From Octopus bimaculoides (Eukaryota): 53,099 nucleotides of DNA. A program made the translations under genes and the position numbers. The notes under the pieces were generated by a model that saw only the letters and a list, made by a program, of their open reading frames with translations, was not told the DNA's origin and searched no databases. The stretch is taken from NCBI RefSeq assembly GCF_001194135.2, contig NC_068984.1:81369666-81422764 (forward strand), written 5' to 3'. This document shows, piece after piece, positions 36,456 through 49,265 of the stretch (position 1 is the first letter of the stretch; every line of letters begins with the position of its first letter).

Positions 36456-37151
36456 GGATCTAGTTCAAAACGGGGGCACCAGTATTTTCTTAACAAAACA
36501 CNNNNNNNNNNNNNNNNNNNNNNNNNNNNNNNNNNNNNNNNNNNNNNNNNNNNNNNNNNNNNNNNNNNNNNNNNNNNNNNNNNNNNNNNNNNNNNNNNNN
36601 NNNNNNNNNNNNNNNNNNNNNNNNNNNNNNNNNNNNNNNNNNNNNNNNNNNNNNNNNNNNNNNNNNNNNNNNNNNNNNNNNNNNNNNNNNNNNNNNNNNN
36701 NNNNNNNNNNNNNNNNNNNNNNNNNNNNNNNNNNNNNNNNNNNNNNNNNNNNNNNNNNNNNNNNNNNNNCATATTGGCAGTAGCTAATAAACCTTTCTAT
36801 TATAGGCACAAGGCCTGGTTTTTGAGGGAAGGAGCAAGTCGGTTAGGGTTAGGGAAAACGAACACACGTGTGTTGCCTCTCTGCAAAATGTCAGAAGTAA
36901 TGGAGATTAAATACGCTTTACACTGCTTAAACTGCCAAAGGAGTAACTGTAAACAGCTGAATACTTGTCAGTGATTGGTTGAAATTATCGAAATAAGACA
37001 ATTTTTTACATGAAATTAATTCGAATACAAAAATTTTTTTCTGTTCTATAACACAAAATAGATAAGTATACGAAGTTTGAAAGTCTTTCGGTATCAAAAA
37101 CACTACATAAAACATAAATGAAAACTGGTGCCCCCGTTTTGAACTAGATCC
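36456..37151. mobile_element. Merlin-like MITE, complete ends
   Basis: Perfect 28-bp TIRs ggatctagttcaaaacgggggcaccagt (36456-36483 and 37124-37151). Perfect 8-bp TSD caatttga (36448-36455 and 37152-37159). GG termini with an 8-bp TSD fit Merlin/IS1016; the superfamily is inferred because no transposase is visible. Confidence 0.85.
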
Positions 37152-37439
37152 CAATTTGATGACACAAACAAGGAGAATGTGACTCTAAAGAAGTGGGTAC
37201 AACAATGCAAACATGAACTTTTTTTCCAAGAGGATATGTGACAGCTGGGTTCAACGATGGCACAATTGCATCACTTGTGATGGAGTCTATACTGAGGAGT
37301 ATTTTTGTATAGAGGAACGGTTACTAAAACAATTATGTCCATTATGCATTACTTTTGGTTCAATACACACTCACACAGGCACACATACACAAATATATAT
37401 ATATATAAATATATATTTTATATTTAAATATATATTTTA

Positions 37440-37640
37440 TCTTTTACTTGTTTCAACCATTAGACTGTGGCCATGCTGAGACACACTGCCTTGAAGAATT
37501 TTATTTGAACAAATCAACCCCAGTATTCTTTTTAAGCTTGGTTCTCATTTTATCGGTCTCTTTTACCAATCTTCTAATGTATGGAGAGGTAAATACACCA
37601 ACACCAAATTGTCAAAGATACACACACACATACATGAATA
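37440..37640 (-). mobile_element. SINE family A, 3' part
   Basis: cttttacttgtttcaaccattagactgtggccatgctg...gccttgaagaatttt...aatcaaccccagta. Confidence 0.78.
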
Positions 37641-37641
37641 A

Positions 37642-37680
<39 letters not shown>

Positions 37681-37877
37681 GGGACAAAATCCAAAATTAC
37701 AGGTAAAAACTCAATTAAAATCAATTTATAAAAAATTAAAATTAAATTGAGCTTTACAGATTAAAATATATTTAAATATATAGTTTTAGGGAAAAGAACC
37801 AAGTTTCATGAACTCATCGATGAAAATCCACTATCACATATACAAAAATTAATTAATAATTTTTCTANNNNNNNNNN

Positions 37878-37920
<43 letters not shown>

Positions 37921-39563
37921 AGATGTACTTGCATAAGAAGTGACTTGATCTGAGATTGTGTGCTGAAGCAAAAACAGTGTGGAAATATATATATATAATG
38001 AAGTAAATGGTAGTTATCCACAGCTCAACCAATTAGCGCTCTAATGGAGCTTCAGGAATATAAAAATTAAGGAGAGAAGCACCTGTAGACATAAATATCT
38101 TTCAACTTTTAAAATTCTTCCCCCATAATAATTAGACTATAGGATTTTTAATCTAGTCACCCTTCATATTATGGATTCATCTTAAAATAATATTATATAT
38201 AGCATCCTTTAATTCTAATTATATAATCCACATGAAGAGTTATGGTCTGACTGGGCATTCGTTTTTGAAAAATTCTCAAATGTATCATATCCTTTAAAAT
38301 TTTAACAACTCTTTGAATCCCTTAACTCTCGTGAGAGAAGTATAGTTAATTGCTATGGTTGGAGTTAGCTCGCCCATACCAACCTATATCTTCCCAAGAT
38401 GTCCATAAGACTTTGTACTTATATTTATGTGTTTATATATTTGTAAAGTTTTATGTTTCTAAATTCTTATGAATTTTTATCATGTTTCATATATCTGAAC
38501 GCATCTATGTATGTTCTGGAGAATTTCGGTATTTTGAAATGGATTGAATGAATATATACCTCGACCTCTGAAATTTGCTACTCTCCTTAAATTTATATAT
38601 ATATGTGTGTGGGGNNNNNNNNNNNNNNNNNNNNNNNNNNNNNNNNNNNNNNNNNNNNNNNNNNNNNNNNNNNNNNNNNNNNNNNNNNNNNNNNNNNNNN
38701 NNNNNNNNNNNNNNNNNNNNNNNNNNNNNNNNNNNNNNNNNNNNNNNNNNNNNNNNNNNNNNNNNNNNNNNNNNNNNNNNNNNNNNNNNNNNNNNNNNNN
38801 NNNNNNNNNNNNNNNNNNNNNNNNNNNNNNNNNNNNNNNNNNNNNNNNNNNNNNNNNNNNNNNNNNNNNNNNNNNNNNNNNNNNNNNNNNNNNNNNNNNN
38901 NNNNNNNNNNNNNNNNNNNNNNNNNNNNNNNNNNNNNNNNNNNNNNNNNNNNNNNNNNNNNNNNNNNNNNNNNNNNNNNNNNNNNNNNNNNNNNNNNNNN
39001 NNNNNNNNNNNNNNNNNNNNNNNNNNNNNNNNNNNNNNNNNNNNNNNNNNNNNNNNNNNNNNNNNNNNNNNNNNNNNNNNNNNNNNNNNNNNNNNNNNNN
39101 NNNNNNNNNNNNNNNNNNNNNNNNNNNNNNNNNNNNNNNNNNNNNNNNNNNNNNNNNNNNNNNNNNNNNNNNNNNNNNNNNNNNNNNNNNNNNNNNNNNN
39201 NNNNNNNNNNNNNNNNNNNNNNNNNNNNNNNNNNNNNNNNNNNNNNNNNNNNNNNNNNNNNNNNNNNNNNNNNNNNNNNNNNNNNNNNNNNNNNNNNNNN
39301 NNNNNNNNNNNNNNNNNNNNNNNNNNNNNNNNNNNNNNNNNNNNNNNNNNNNNNNNNNNNNNNNNNNNNNNNNNNNNNNNNNNNNNNNNNNNNNNNNNNN
39401 NNNNNNNNNNNNNNNNNNNNNNNNNNNNNNNNNNNNNNNNNNNNNNNNNNNNNNNNNNNNNNNNNNNNNNNNNNNNNNNNNNNNNNNNNNNNNNNNNNNN
39501 NNNNNNNNNNNNNNNNNNNNNNNNNNNNNNNNNNNNNNNNNNNNNNNNNNNNNNNGCACACAA

Positions 39564-39607
<44 letters not shown>

Positions 39608-39611
<4 letters not shown>

Positions 39612-39740
39612 CGGGTTTCCATCTACCAAATCCACTCACAAGGCTTTGGTCGACCCGAGGCTATAGTAGAAGACATTTGCCCCAAGTGCCCGGAATCATA
39701 TTGTTGTTAGGCGAGCTACTTACCACACAGCCACTCTTGT
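39608..39740 (-). mobile_element. SINE family A, 5' part
   Basis: gacgggtttccatctaccaaatccactcacaaggctttggtcgacccgaggctatagtagaagacatttgccccaag. Confidence 0.82.
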
Positions 39741-40384
39741 GCCTATAATATATAAACATGCATATAGAGACATATACAAATAATAAAATATGCGCGTACA
39801 TATATATGCATGAGTGCTTATATATTTCTCCCCACTCTCCTTGCATATAGAAAGAAAGGGGGAAAATATATCAACACACAGGCAGATATGTATACATATA
39901 CTCACACATGCGCATACACACACACACATGCACACAGACTAATATGAACAATTTTGTCCAGGCTGTGTCTAGTTTTAAAAGGGTTGTCAGACGACTTTTC
40001 CAGTTTTGTAACCCTGCCAAATCACCCCATCAAAATCTGTAGGGTGGTGGGGAACAAGAAACATACTAACTCACAAGTTCTCACTAGATGCAGTGAAACA
40101 ACACAGTAACAGCAGCAGCAGCAGTAGTTGAAGGTACTCTGCGTATGTCAGATCTCATCGAATAAACTTTATGATCAAAGTCTGTCTAGCCATGACCATC
40201 GTGTTTTTTTAAAGTTACACTACACTAGTAGTACTTGAACCAATGTGTCTCGCTTTAGATATTAGACGTTGATTAGAAGATTTAGCTTTTTAGAAGAGTT
40301 AACAACCATTATAGTTGTAAGTAGGTTTTGCAAGTGCAGAAATAAACTACTGAGGTACAGAATCTATCTGTTACCTTTTCTTTA

Positions 40385-40820
40385 AAAATATTTTAGTTGT
40401 TTTAGTCATTGAACTGCGGCCATGCTGGGATACCACCACTTAAAAGGGTTTTAGTCGAACAAATCAAAGTCAGAGCAGAGGTAAAGAATACACACACCAT
40501 CAGTTTTCGGCGTAACAAAAACCCTAACCCTAAACACCGAGTGTACGTATTCTTTACTTTCGTCAAACCCAGTACATATTCTTTAAAATCCCGTACTTAT
40601 TCTATCGGCCCCTTTGCCAAACCACTAAGGTTATGGTGACGTAAACAAACTAACACCGGTTGCTAAACACATCCTCTCTATCTCTCATGCATATACACAC
40701 ATACACGACGGGCTTCTTTCGATTTCCATCTGTCAAATCCACTCACAAGGAAAAAAAAACTCGCCTATGGGGCCACGCAATGAAACTGAATCCGAAACCA
40801 TGTGATTGGAAAGCAAAGTT
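40385..40820 (-). mobile_element. SINE family A with inserted sequence
   Basis: Tail gtttt.agtcattgaactgcggccatgctgg...ttttagtcgaacaaatc and head gacgggcttctttcg.tttccatctgtcaaatccactcacaagg...cgaaaccatgtgattgg. Confidence 0.72.
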
Positions 40821-41436
40821 TGTACCATCCGGTCAACGCATGTAATCTATTTTGTTTCTTAAAATTTTTTTTTTCATAGATACATCGCATGCAAACAATT
40901 TCAAATATGAAGAGATCGAAGGTTTTTTTTACAACACCGATCGATCGAACCATCATTTTAGTTCATTTGTTTATAATCTAAAACGGCAGTCTAAACCTAT
41001 CAGGAGTCGGGTTCGGGGTCAATATATAAGGAAGCACCAGTCATGTAATGACTAGAATCGACGGTATCGCCTAACCACTCTCTCCTCAAGTGTGTTTAAA
41101 ATCAGAAACCATTACTCAAAACAAAAGTAATTCGAGGGAGAATTAATTCGTTACTACTGTTGTTTCTAGCAGGTAGAAAGACTGTGAAGAAGATCGCTAC
41201 TTCGTCGTCGCCAACTCGTAAAACAAACTATTACGGAAAAAGATGGAAAGGTAAAAAAAAAAAAATCCATATATAGCTATAGAAATAAAACGGGAGTAAT
41301 AGAAATCTTCTATACATATATACAGAATGTGTGTGCGTGTGTGTAATGTATATATACACACATACATGTAGAGAGACAGACACATCGGGTATATCTAGCT
41401 GTCTATCTAAAAATTTAAACACACGCATACAAAGCA

Positions 41437-41488
<52 letters not shown>

Positions 41489-42414
41489 NNNNNNNNNNNN
41501 NNNNNNNNNNNNNNNNNNNNNNNNNNNNNNNNNNNNNNNNNNNNNNNNNNNNNNNNNNNNNNNNNNNNNNNNNNNNNNNNNNNNNNNNNNNNNNNNNNNN
41601 NNNNNNNNNNNNNNNNNNNNNNNNNNNNNNNNNNNNNNNNNNNNNNNNNNNNNNNNNNNNNNNNNNNNNNNNNNNNNNNNNNNNNNNNNNNNNNNNNNNN
41701 NNNNNNNNNNNNNNNNNNNNNNNNNNNNNNNNNNNNNNNNNNNNNNNNNNNNNNNNNNNNNNNNNNNNNNNNNNNNNNNNNNNNNNNNNNNNNNNNNNNN
41801 NNNNNNNNNNNNNNNNNNGGGGGGGGGGGTGTCTACGAAAAAAGCATACTTTTATTTCTTTAATAGATTCATGAAATAAAAAGAAAAGCCAAGTGAAAAA
41901 AAAAGTAGACATTAAAAAAAATAATGAAATACGAAAATCATAACAAAACAAAATAACAAGAACGTTTATATAAACATATTTGACGGGCGAGTGTGTGTGT
42001 ATGCATATACAGGTATATATCGGAGGACATACATCTATATAATATATATATATACATATATTAGATTACGTATATAAGATATATATCCTATATATAATGT
42101 ATGTTATATTACATTATATATATACATACATATATAATATAATACATATATATTATAATATACATGTGTTTGTCTGTATACATTTCAGGGTGTTGTATAT
42201 GTGTGTTAGGGAATGTATGTCTGTATATACGTATGCATGCATGTATGTATAAGTGTCAAGACATGCAAATGGTAAATACAAGTGGGTTGGGATAAATATT
42301 AAATGAGCGGAGAGACTTATTACGAAAACGTGGTTTATATGAGGGGAAATAAAGCAAATCGTATGACGATAGTGACAATAATAATAACAATAATTTTTTC
42401 TATTAAAGGCACAA

Positions 42415-42560
42415 GTCGATCACATCGATCCCCCAGTGTGTCATTGGTACTTCAGTTATCGCCCCCCGAAAGAATGAATGGCAAAGTCGACCTCGGTGGA
42501 ATTTGAACTCAGAACGTGCCGCTAAGCATTCTGCTCAACGATTCTGCCAGCTCGCCGCCT
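42415..42560 (-). mobile_element. SINE family B, 5' part
   Basis: gatcacatcgatccccagtg...ggcaaagtcgacctcggtggaatttgaactcagaacg...acgattctgccagctcgccgcct. A more degenerate copy lies at about 46990-47150. Confidence 0.85.
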
Positions 42561-44842
42561 CAATAATAATAATTATTATTTCTTTATTAGCCACAAGGGC
42601 TTACATAAAACAGCATGAAATGACACAAAACAGGACGGGGGGGGGGGAGGATCCACGGACTACTGGAAAAGATTGGGGGAATTTGGGAATCGATTCTGAC
42701 AATTAAACCTACCCTTGAATGCAGTGCTCTAGCATGGCCCCAAATCTAATCACTAAGACAAGTAAAATATAAGAGATATAAATAAGCAAACAAATATATG
42801 AAAGGCACCAGAAATCATCAAATATATGTGAAGGAATGAAGAATCTGGAAGGAAAGGGCTGACGAGTCACCACCATTCTTCGTAGCCCTCGGCACCTTGA
42901 AACCTTCCTTTCCTATTAGTTTGTTAGAGCTAGGCAATGTGAGTGATGAGTTTCAGTTAAGAATTAGTTAGTTACTGAGAGTTGGGGTGGGTGAGAATAT
43001 TTGATATCAAGTGAAAAGCTTGTCATATCGTTGATGTTCAACAGTTTAACATTTGGAAAATTATTCGATTGAAATACGTTTAAAGTGTCAAATTAGATAG
43101 TTAGGGGGACGAGGATGACAACCAACACACACGTACAAAAGAATAAATAGACAGGCAAACTGGTATCGGATCAACTATAATGGTGAACACAAACACACAT
43201 AAATATATATGTACACACATACATACACACAAAACGTTTATATGCACACACATAAACTAGGTTGAAAATTTCACAGAAAATATTTTGAAATTTAAATAAA
43301 TCTTGATGTATCCACTCTGCATTTTTTAAACTTTATTTATTTCTCCTATTCTACTTGTTTGGATAAGTAACGATATAACGGGCAGCCTTCGACTTCTCCA
43401 ATCCAAAAGGGTTTTTCAGCCTATTATTTATATGCTAGTGTTTATAACTTTATGTGCTTCGAGATCCAACACAAACACACATGTGAAGAGGAGATCTATG
43501 CATTGGCGTTCAAACTGCGAGAAATAGCAACCAAATAGCTCGCAAATCACAAACCATTTTTAAAAAGAAAACATAGGATAATGTAATGCTTTAAAAAAAT
43601 ACTGATTGGTGTTATAGCAATGGAATAATGTATATCTGAAAAAAAAAAAAAAAAAGATTGGATGGTCACAAATGGTGCGCCTATCAGCATAGGTTCATTC
43701 GTTCAATGCTAATGCAGTAAGGGAACTTAGAGACGGTTTGCACCGGCGAAGTAGCAAAATGAAAAGTTTACAAAGTGGAATAAATTATTTTAATGTGACG
43801 AATAAGAAAATGGGGCCAAAATAAAGACGTTTAATGAGGTGAAAATAAAATTAATGCTTTTTCTTTAAAAAGAGATTGGGGGTTTAGAATTAAATGGACC
43901 CTTCTTTTGACAAACTTGAAAAATGAAAGGGTATGCTGACACGGCTTAAAAAGTAAGATAGGTATTCGTGAAATATTGAATATCAATGTATGCGTGACAA
44001 ACTTAAATGTTAGATAGATAAGCTGCTTCGATACGATTGAATAAATAACTAATTGAATTCACCAGGAGCAGTAGTATTGGAAAGAAAAGTCGAAGCGACT
44101 TCACAATAAATGGATAAAACAGTTCCTGTATTTATAAAGTAAACATTTTTTCTCTATATTTTATTTTAGACAGCCTGTAAAGTAGAATCATAAGTGAAAT
44201 ATCTCAAAGCCCCCAATCGATCGATTAGGGTTGGTCAAAGGGCAAAGCGGGATAAAACATTTATTTCGCTTTGCACTTTAACAATTTACATTTTTGACTT
44301 GAAAAAAAAGTTAATTTCTTTATCGTTAAATAATCGCTATTCTCAATGATTCAATAGGTGAATTTTATATATATATATATAATGAATGCATATTTCAATT
44401 CACCAACAATAATTAAATCGTGTTAAGGTTGTACAATATATGTAACACTATCCTGTTTATCACGTATATTTCGAGTTCCAAACAATAAAAGATGTACTAT
44501 GTTGCATCTTAGAGTGGGGTGGAGGTACAATGCTACCGACACATGTAGACATGCCACATGAATTAAAATATACTCGATACATAAAATTCAATGTCACGCA
44601 AATAAATTTAATCAAACATTAAGTTATAAAAATTAATGGGTCACAAACTCGCTCAAGATATAGTTACAACTTCTGCATAAGTCCGCGAACCAGCCTTCAT
44701 CACAGTAAGCACTGTATGTGTGAGCGCGTATGCGATTGTGCGTGTTAGTATATAGGTATAATGTATATATGTGTGTGTGCGCATATGTATAAATATATAT
44801 ACATATGCATACCTATGAGTAAGTATGTCCACACGACTGTGT

Positions 44843-44888
<46 letters not shown>

Positions 44889-46735
44889 GCATATCAANNN
44901 NNNNNNNCCAGCAACAGGCATGCATGCAGACAGGCAGACAGACAGCGACTACTTTCACTTCTGACATCTAATAGCGTGATAGTGCCGAAATATGCAACGC
45001 TAAATACGAATTATATACATTACTAAATATAAACATAATGCACATTTTCATCTAAAAATATTCCCAGTCGCCGTCGCAATTATTACCAACAGCATATACT
45101 TTTAACAAGAGAGAGGGAGAGAGAGGCGGGGGAAGAGTAGAAGAAAGGTTGAAATTACTTCAAGTGAAACACAAACACGTGCTTCTAAGTTAAAGGCCGT
45201 AAAAAATCTATTAGCAGACTTGAATCTACACACGGGGTGCACACACATCTGTACGTGTGTCGTAAAAAAAACATAAGACAATAATATGCGTGTGAATGTG
45301 AATACATATAATATATATATAGACACAGGTAAGTTTTTGCGAGATATTGCATTACACGTGTTTGGAGAGCCAGTCTGTAACAGCCTTTTATACATAGCGA
45401 AAAAGCCTGCGACAAACGAAAATTCAGGGTTCACTGGTGTGATTGCAGTTAGTATGTGTGTGCGTGTGTTTCTATTTCTCCCTCTCGCATGCAGACTAGA
45501 CTATACCAGACGAAGGAGGAAGCAAAAATTCAGTCACTCGATCTACAAGAAATAGCAGCCAAATTTCCTGAAAAGTCACACACTTATAATCTTAGGACAG
45601 AAGAACGCGTTCTATGACGTGGATCCTTGAGTACAAAGTGCACGTGATGGTCACGGTTAGAACGCTTTCAATGAGCAGTGAAAATAGATAGGTCTACTGA
45701 GTGGTCGATCAAGAGTTAACCTGGAGTTTTTAAGCAATAACAAGACTTTATCCTGAATGGCAAATAAGCAGGAGAGAGAGAGACAGGGTTGCTGCAGACA
45801 TCTCCCGCCTTCGTTTCTCCTCCGTTGTCCCTCCCACCTCATGAGAATTTAAATGTCCATGCAGAAAAAAAATGTTGAATAAAGTTATTAAGGGAAGAAA
45901 ATGTGGGGAGGGAGAGAAATTGAGAAGTACTGCAGTATAAAGTAATGTACAAATGGGAGTAGTAGAAATTATTCGGGCGAGGGGGTAAAATAATTTTTGT
46001 AGGAAGTTTTTAACCATCATAACTGTGGTTATAACCAGTTGTTTGATGTGAGTAAAGGGATTTTAGAGGGTAAAGATTCTACCAAACGGACAGATCTCGG
46101 GGATGGGGGGGGGGATCGAAATTTTGAAATTGAGATTTTTGAAAAAATTTTTTTCAGAATTGGAATCTCCATAGCCTAAAACGTGGGATTCCGTAAAAAA
46201 AAAAAATAAATAAGGGGGGAAAGGTTCAGATTACATATAGTCCATAAACATTAGAAACATATATATATATTTTTGTAATGTTTATATCGTGTCATACCTA
46301 TATTCATCTACATATGTGCATATTATGCTCCTATATATATGCATACGTGTAGGATATAATAATATAATTTACACACATGCATACTTTTGGGAATGTTTAT
46401 ATCAAATTATGCATGCATATAATATACGCGTTAATTTTTATAAAGTTAATCTACACATGCATATTTACACACCACACACGCTCTCCTCTCGCTCTCTCTC
46501 TGTAATGTTTATATTATATAGTCTTTATGTATGTATCTAGGACTGTATATGTGTGTGTGTGTGTGTACTTAATACAGATTAGAATTTATTTATTCGTTCT
46601 AATTTGGTCAGTCATTCCATTGCTCTTCTACATTCGTTCTGGTGACATGTTCTTTAATTTGTCTGGGGCTTCAAGGAGCCACGCTGGACTAATGCTTTCA
46701 CATACCCATACACATGCATTTGCACACACACACTG

Positions 46736-46786
<51 letters not shown>

Positions 46787-46875
46787 ATACAAGTGTGTGA
46801 GAAAAGGGAGAGAAATTGAGATGGGAGAGAGAGAGAGGATATAAAACTATAGAAATTCTATAGTTTGACTATACA

Positions 46876-46936
<61 letters not shown>

Positions 46937-48419
46937 GAGAGAGAGAGTGAGATAGGAGGGGTACAGGGTCACATATTGGAGTCGAGGGGATCAGTTTATT
47001 ATAACGGCCGAGTACGTGACTCGTATTTTATTTCATCGATCCAGGGTATATGAAATGTCAAATGACAATGAATTGAGTTTGAACTCAGAACGTAAAGCGA
47101 CAATAACTAATGGAAGACATTCCATCCGTTGCTCTACTGATTCTTATGAAATCATTGTTAATAGTGGAACAAGTAAATATATAGGAACAGGTATAATGAG
47201 GCATGTACATTATTAGATGGAAAAAATATAGACATGTAGAAAGACAACCAAATATATGAGATGGTGTATAACAAACAGATATAGGAAAATATAGATTAAC
47301 AGAGATAAATTTAGGTAGAACAATATATTTATATAGATATGCGCGAGTGAGTGAGTATTAGTATTTATATACACTCTTAAAAAATATATATATATTGATC
47401 TGTCTCACTGCAAATGGACTAAAAAGAAAATTTATAAAGTTGGGAGACGATAAAATCATCTTAAGAAGCGTAGACAAAAAGTTTTGAGTTCGTTTATCAA
47501 CATTTTATGCAAATATCAGAAGACGTTTAGTTTTTAAAAAAAATAATTTTGAAGAATTCGAGAGTAAACAAGCGGTAACGAAGGGGACAAGGCTATATAA
47601 ATATATATATATGTGTGTGTATGTGTGTGTGTGTGTAGCTGCTATTACGAGAGTCCGCTCATATANNNNNNNNNNNNNNNNNNNNNNNNNNNNNNNNNNN
47701 NNNNNNNNNNNNNNNNNNNNNNNNNNNNNNNNTATATATTATATATAAGGTATATTATTGTGTTATTTTAGATGTTAATAGACCTGATCGAAATGTGACC
47801 TATGATCCAAAAACATTAGAGCAGTGTGACTATCACCTCCCATCGTTTCTCTAGAAACAGAGAGGTGCACCACAGAAATTACATCCTATAAAGTTTCCGT
47901 TTCTTTTCCTTTCATTTCAAGATAGTATAAACTGCTACGATTTGGGTGGAAGTACGGCTGCTATTTCTAGCAGGCGAAGTAACCGTGTGTAAGAAAACGT
48001 CTCCCGCGTCGACTTGTCATCATATTCTTAATTAATTATTGCATATAATTGTGATGACGATGATGATGATGGTAGTTGTAGAGGTCGTGGTAGGATTGTT
48101 ATTGTTGTTGTCATGATTATAATCAATAACAACAACAGTTCCCAAAATAAATACAAAGAATGTATTGAAGATGGGACCCGGTGTTGATATTATAAAAATA
48201 AACTAATAATAATAATAATAAAAAGGAGAAAACAAAAATGAAGGCAAAATTACTTTAGTTTACCTGCTTCCTCCAATGTAATAATATATCACTCCCGTCC
48301 TAGGCGAAACATCCAGATGAGACAGCATATAAAAAAAAACTTATCCTAGGCAAACGTGAAAACTCAGAAATGGAAAAGACAGCGATACAGGCCGGACAAG
48401 AGGGGGGGAGGTGGGATGA

Positions 48420-48900
48420 ACGAAAGACTAAGCTAAACAGCGAGAGGAAGAGTGTTAGGGAGAACTACTAAAGAATGAAGTAAGAGAGTGAGAGAAAAGG
48501 TAAGTTAGAAAGAGGTGGGTTGAGGCGGAAAGAAAGAGTAAGTGAGAGAGAGAGCAAAACAGACTGATAAACAGAAAAAAAGGGAGAAGAGGGAGACAGC
48601 AAGACTTATTAAAGAACAAGAAAGGAAGTGGGAGGTAGAAATACTAAGTAAGAAAGAGAGAGAGGAAGTTACTAAGCGAGCGAGGAAGGGGAAGGCAGAA
48701 CGTCTGGGTTAACAACAGAGGGGAAGAGGAGAAGGAAAAGACTAAGTTAGGAAGAGAGAGAGAGGGAGAGAAAGATAGAAAGAAAAAGTAAGTTAAAAAG
48801 ACACAGGAAGAATGGAAGAGAGAGAGAGAAAGGGGAGGAATGAAAGCGTAAGTTAGCAGAGTGTTAGAAAGAGAAGGAATGGAGAAAGTATAGTAGAGTA
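48420..48900. repeat. Purine tract punctuated by STAAGTTAG-like motifs
   Basis: Motif copies start at 48500, 48538, 48644, 48672, 48742, 48788 and 48848, separated by GA-rich spacers. Confidence 0.7.
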
Positions 48901-49134
48901 AATTGAAAATTAGGGGAGGGGGAAAAAACGAATGAGGGATAAAGTGTGGGAGAAAGAAAGCGATGGAACTGCAGTAAATGAAGGAAGGAAGAAAAGAAGA
49001 GAAAAGTTCAACGAAAAAAAACTGAACACAAAAAGCTGAATAGAAAAGAGAGGGAAAAGAAAGGAAACTCTTTTGCTTATATGCTGTACTTTATTGTTAT
49101 AATGATAGTCGTTGTTAAAGTTGTTGTTGATGTT

Positions 49135-49265
49135 TTCAAAGATGGCGGTGAAAAAAAATCCTGCGGCGGGTGATGTAAATACGACTCCTCCCCCCGGCAT
49201 CAACAGTTGCCCGGAAGTAGTCGGTGGACGAGGCGACGGCGGGAGGTAGCCGATAAGAGGCATGG
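49135..49265. promoter_or_regulatory. CpG-rich promoter-like island with YY1 and ETS consensus sites
   Basis: aagatggcgg (YY1 consensus, also a strong Kozak ATG at 49142) at 49139-49148 and ccggaagt (ETS/GABP) at 49211-49218. This is the most GC- and CpG-dense stretch I found. Direction is unresolved. Confidence 0.5.

Larger units (their letters stand above)
35900..37310 (+). pseudogene. mariner (DD34D-like) transposase C-terminal remnant split by two insertions
   Basis: After removing the inserts: KLGWSV|LPHSPYN*DLTSSHSHLFSPVK...QF|DDTNKENVTLKKWVQQ...VQRWHNCITCDGVYTEE. This matches mariner LGWEVLPHPPYSPDLAPSDFHLF and RW.KCI...G.Y.E. Confidence 0.75.

Noticed and set aside
40529-40545. ccctaaccctaa telomere-like dimer
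   Set aside because: Only two units inside a SINE-associated insert, expected by chance.
29446-42880. Other CTGANGA matches (29446, 33367, 33736, 42858) as hammerhead cores
   Set aside because: None has a helix II followed by GAAA and a pairing helix I.
44420-44530. Possible second PLE family terminus with a hammerhead (minus strand ctaagatgc...ctcgaaatatacgtg)
   Set aside because: Core and helix II cannot be formed. Too degenerate to call.
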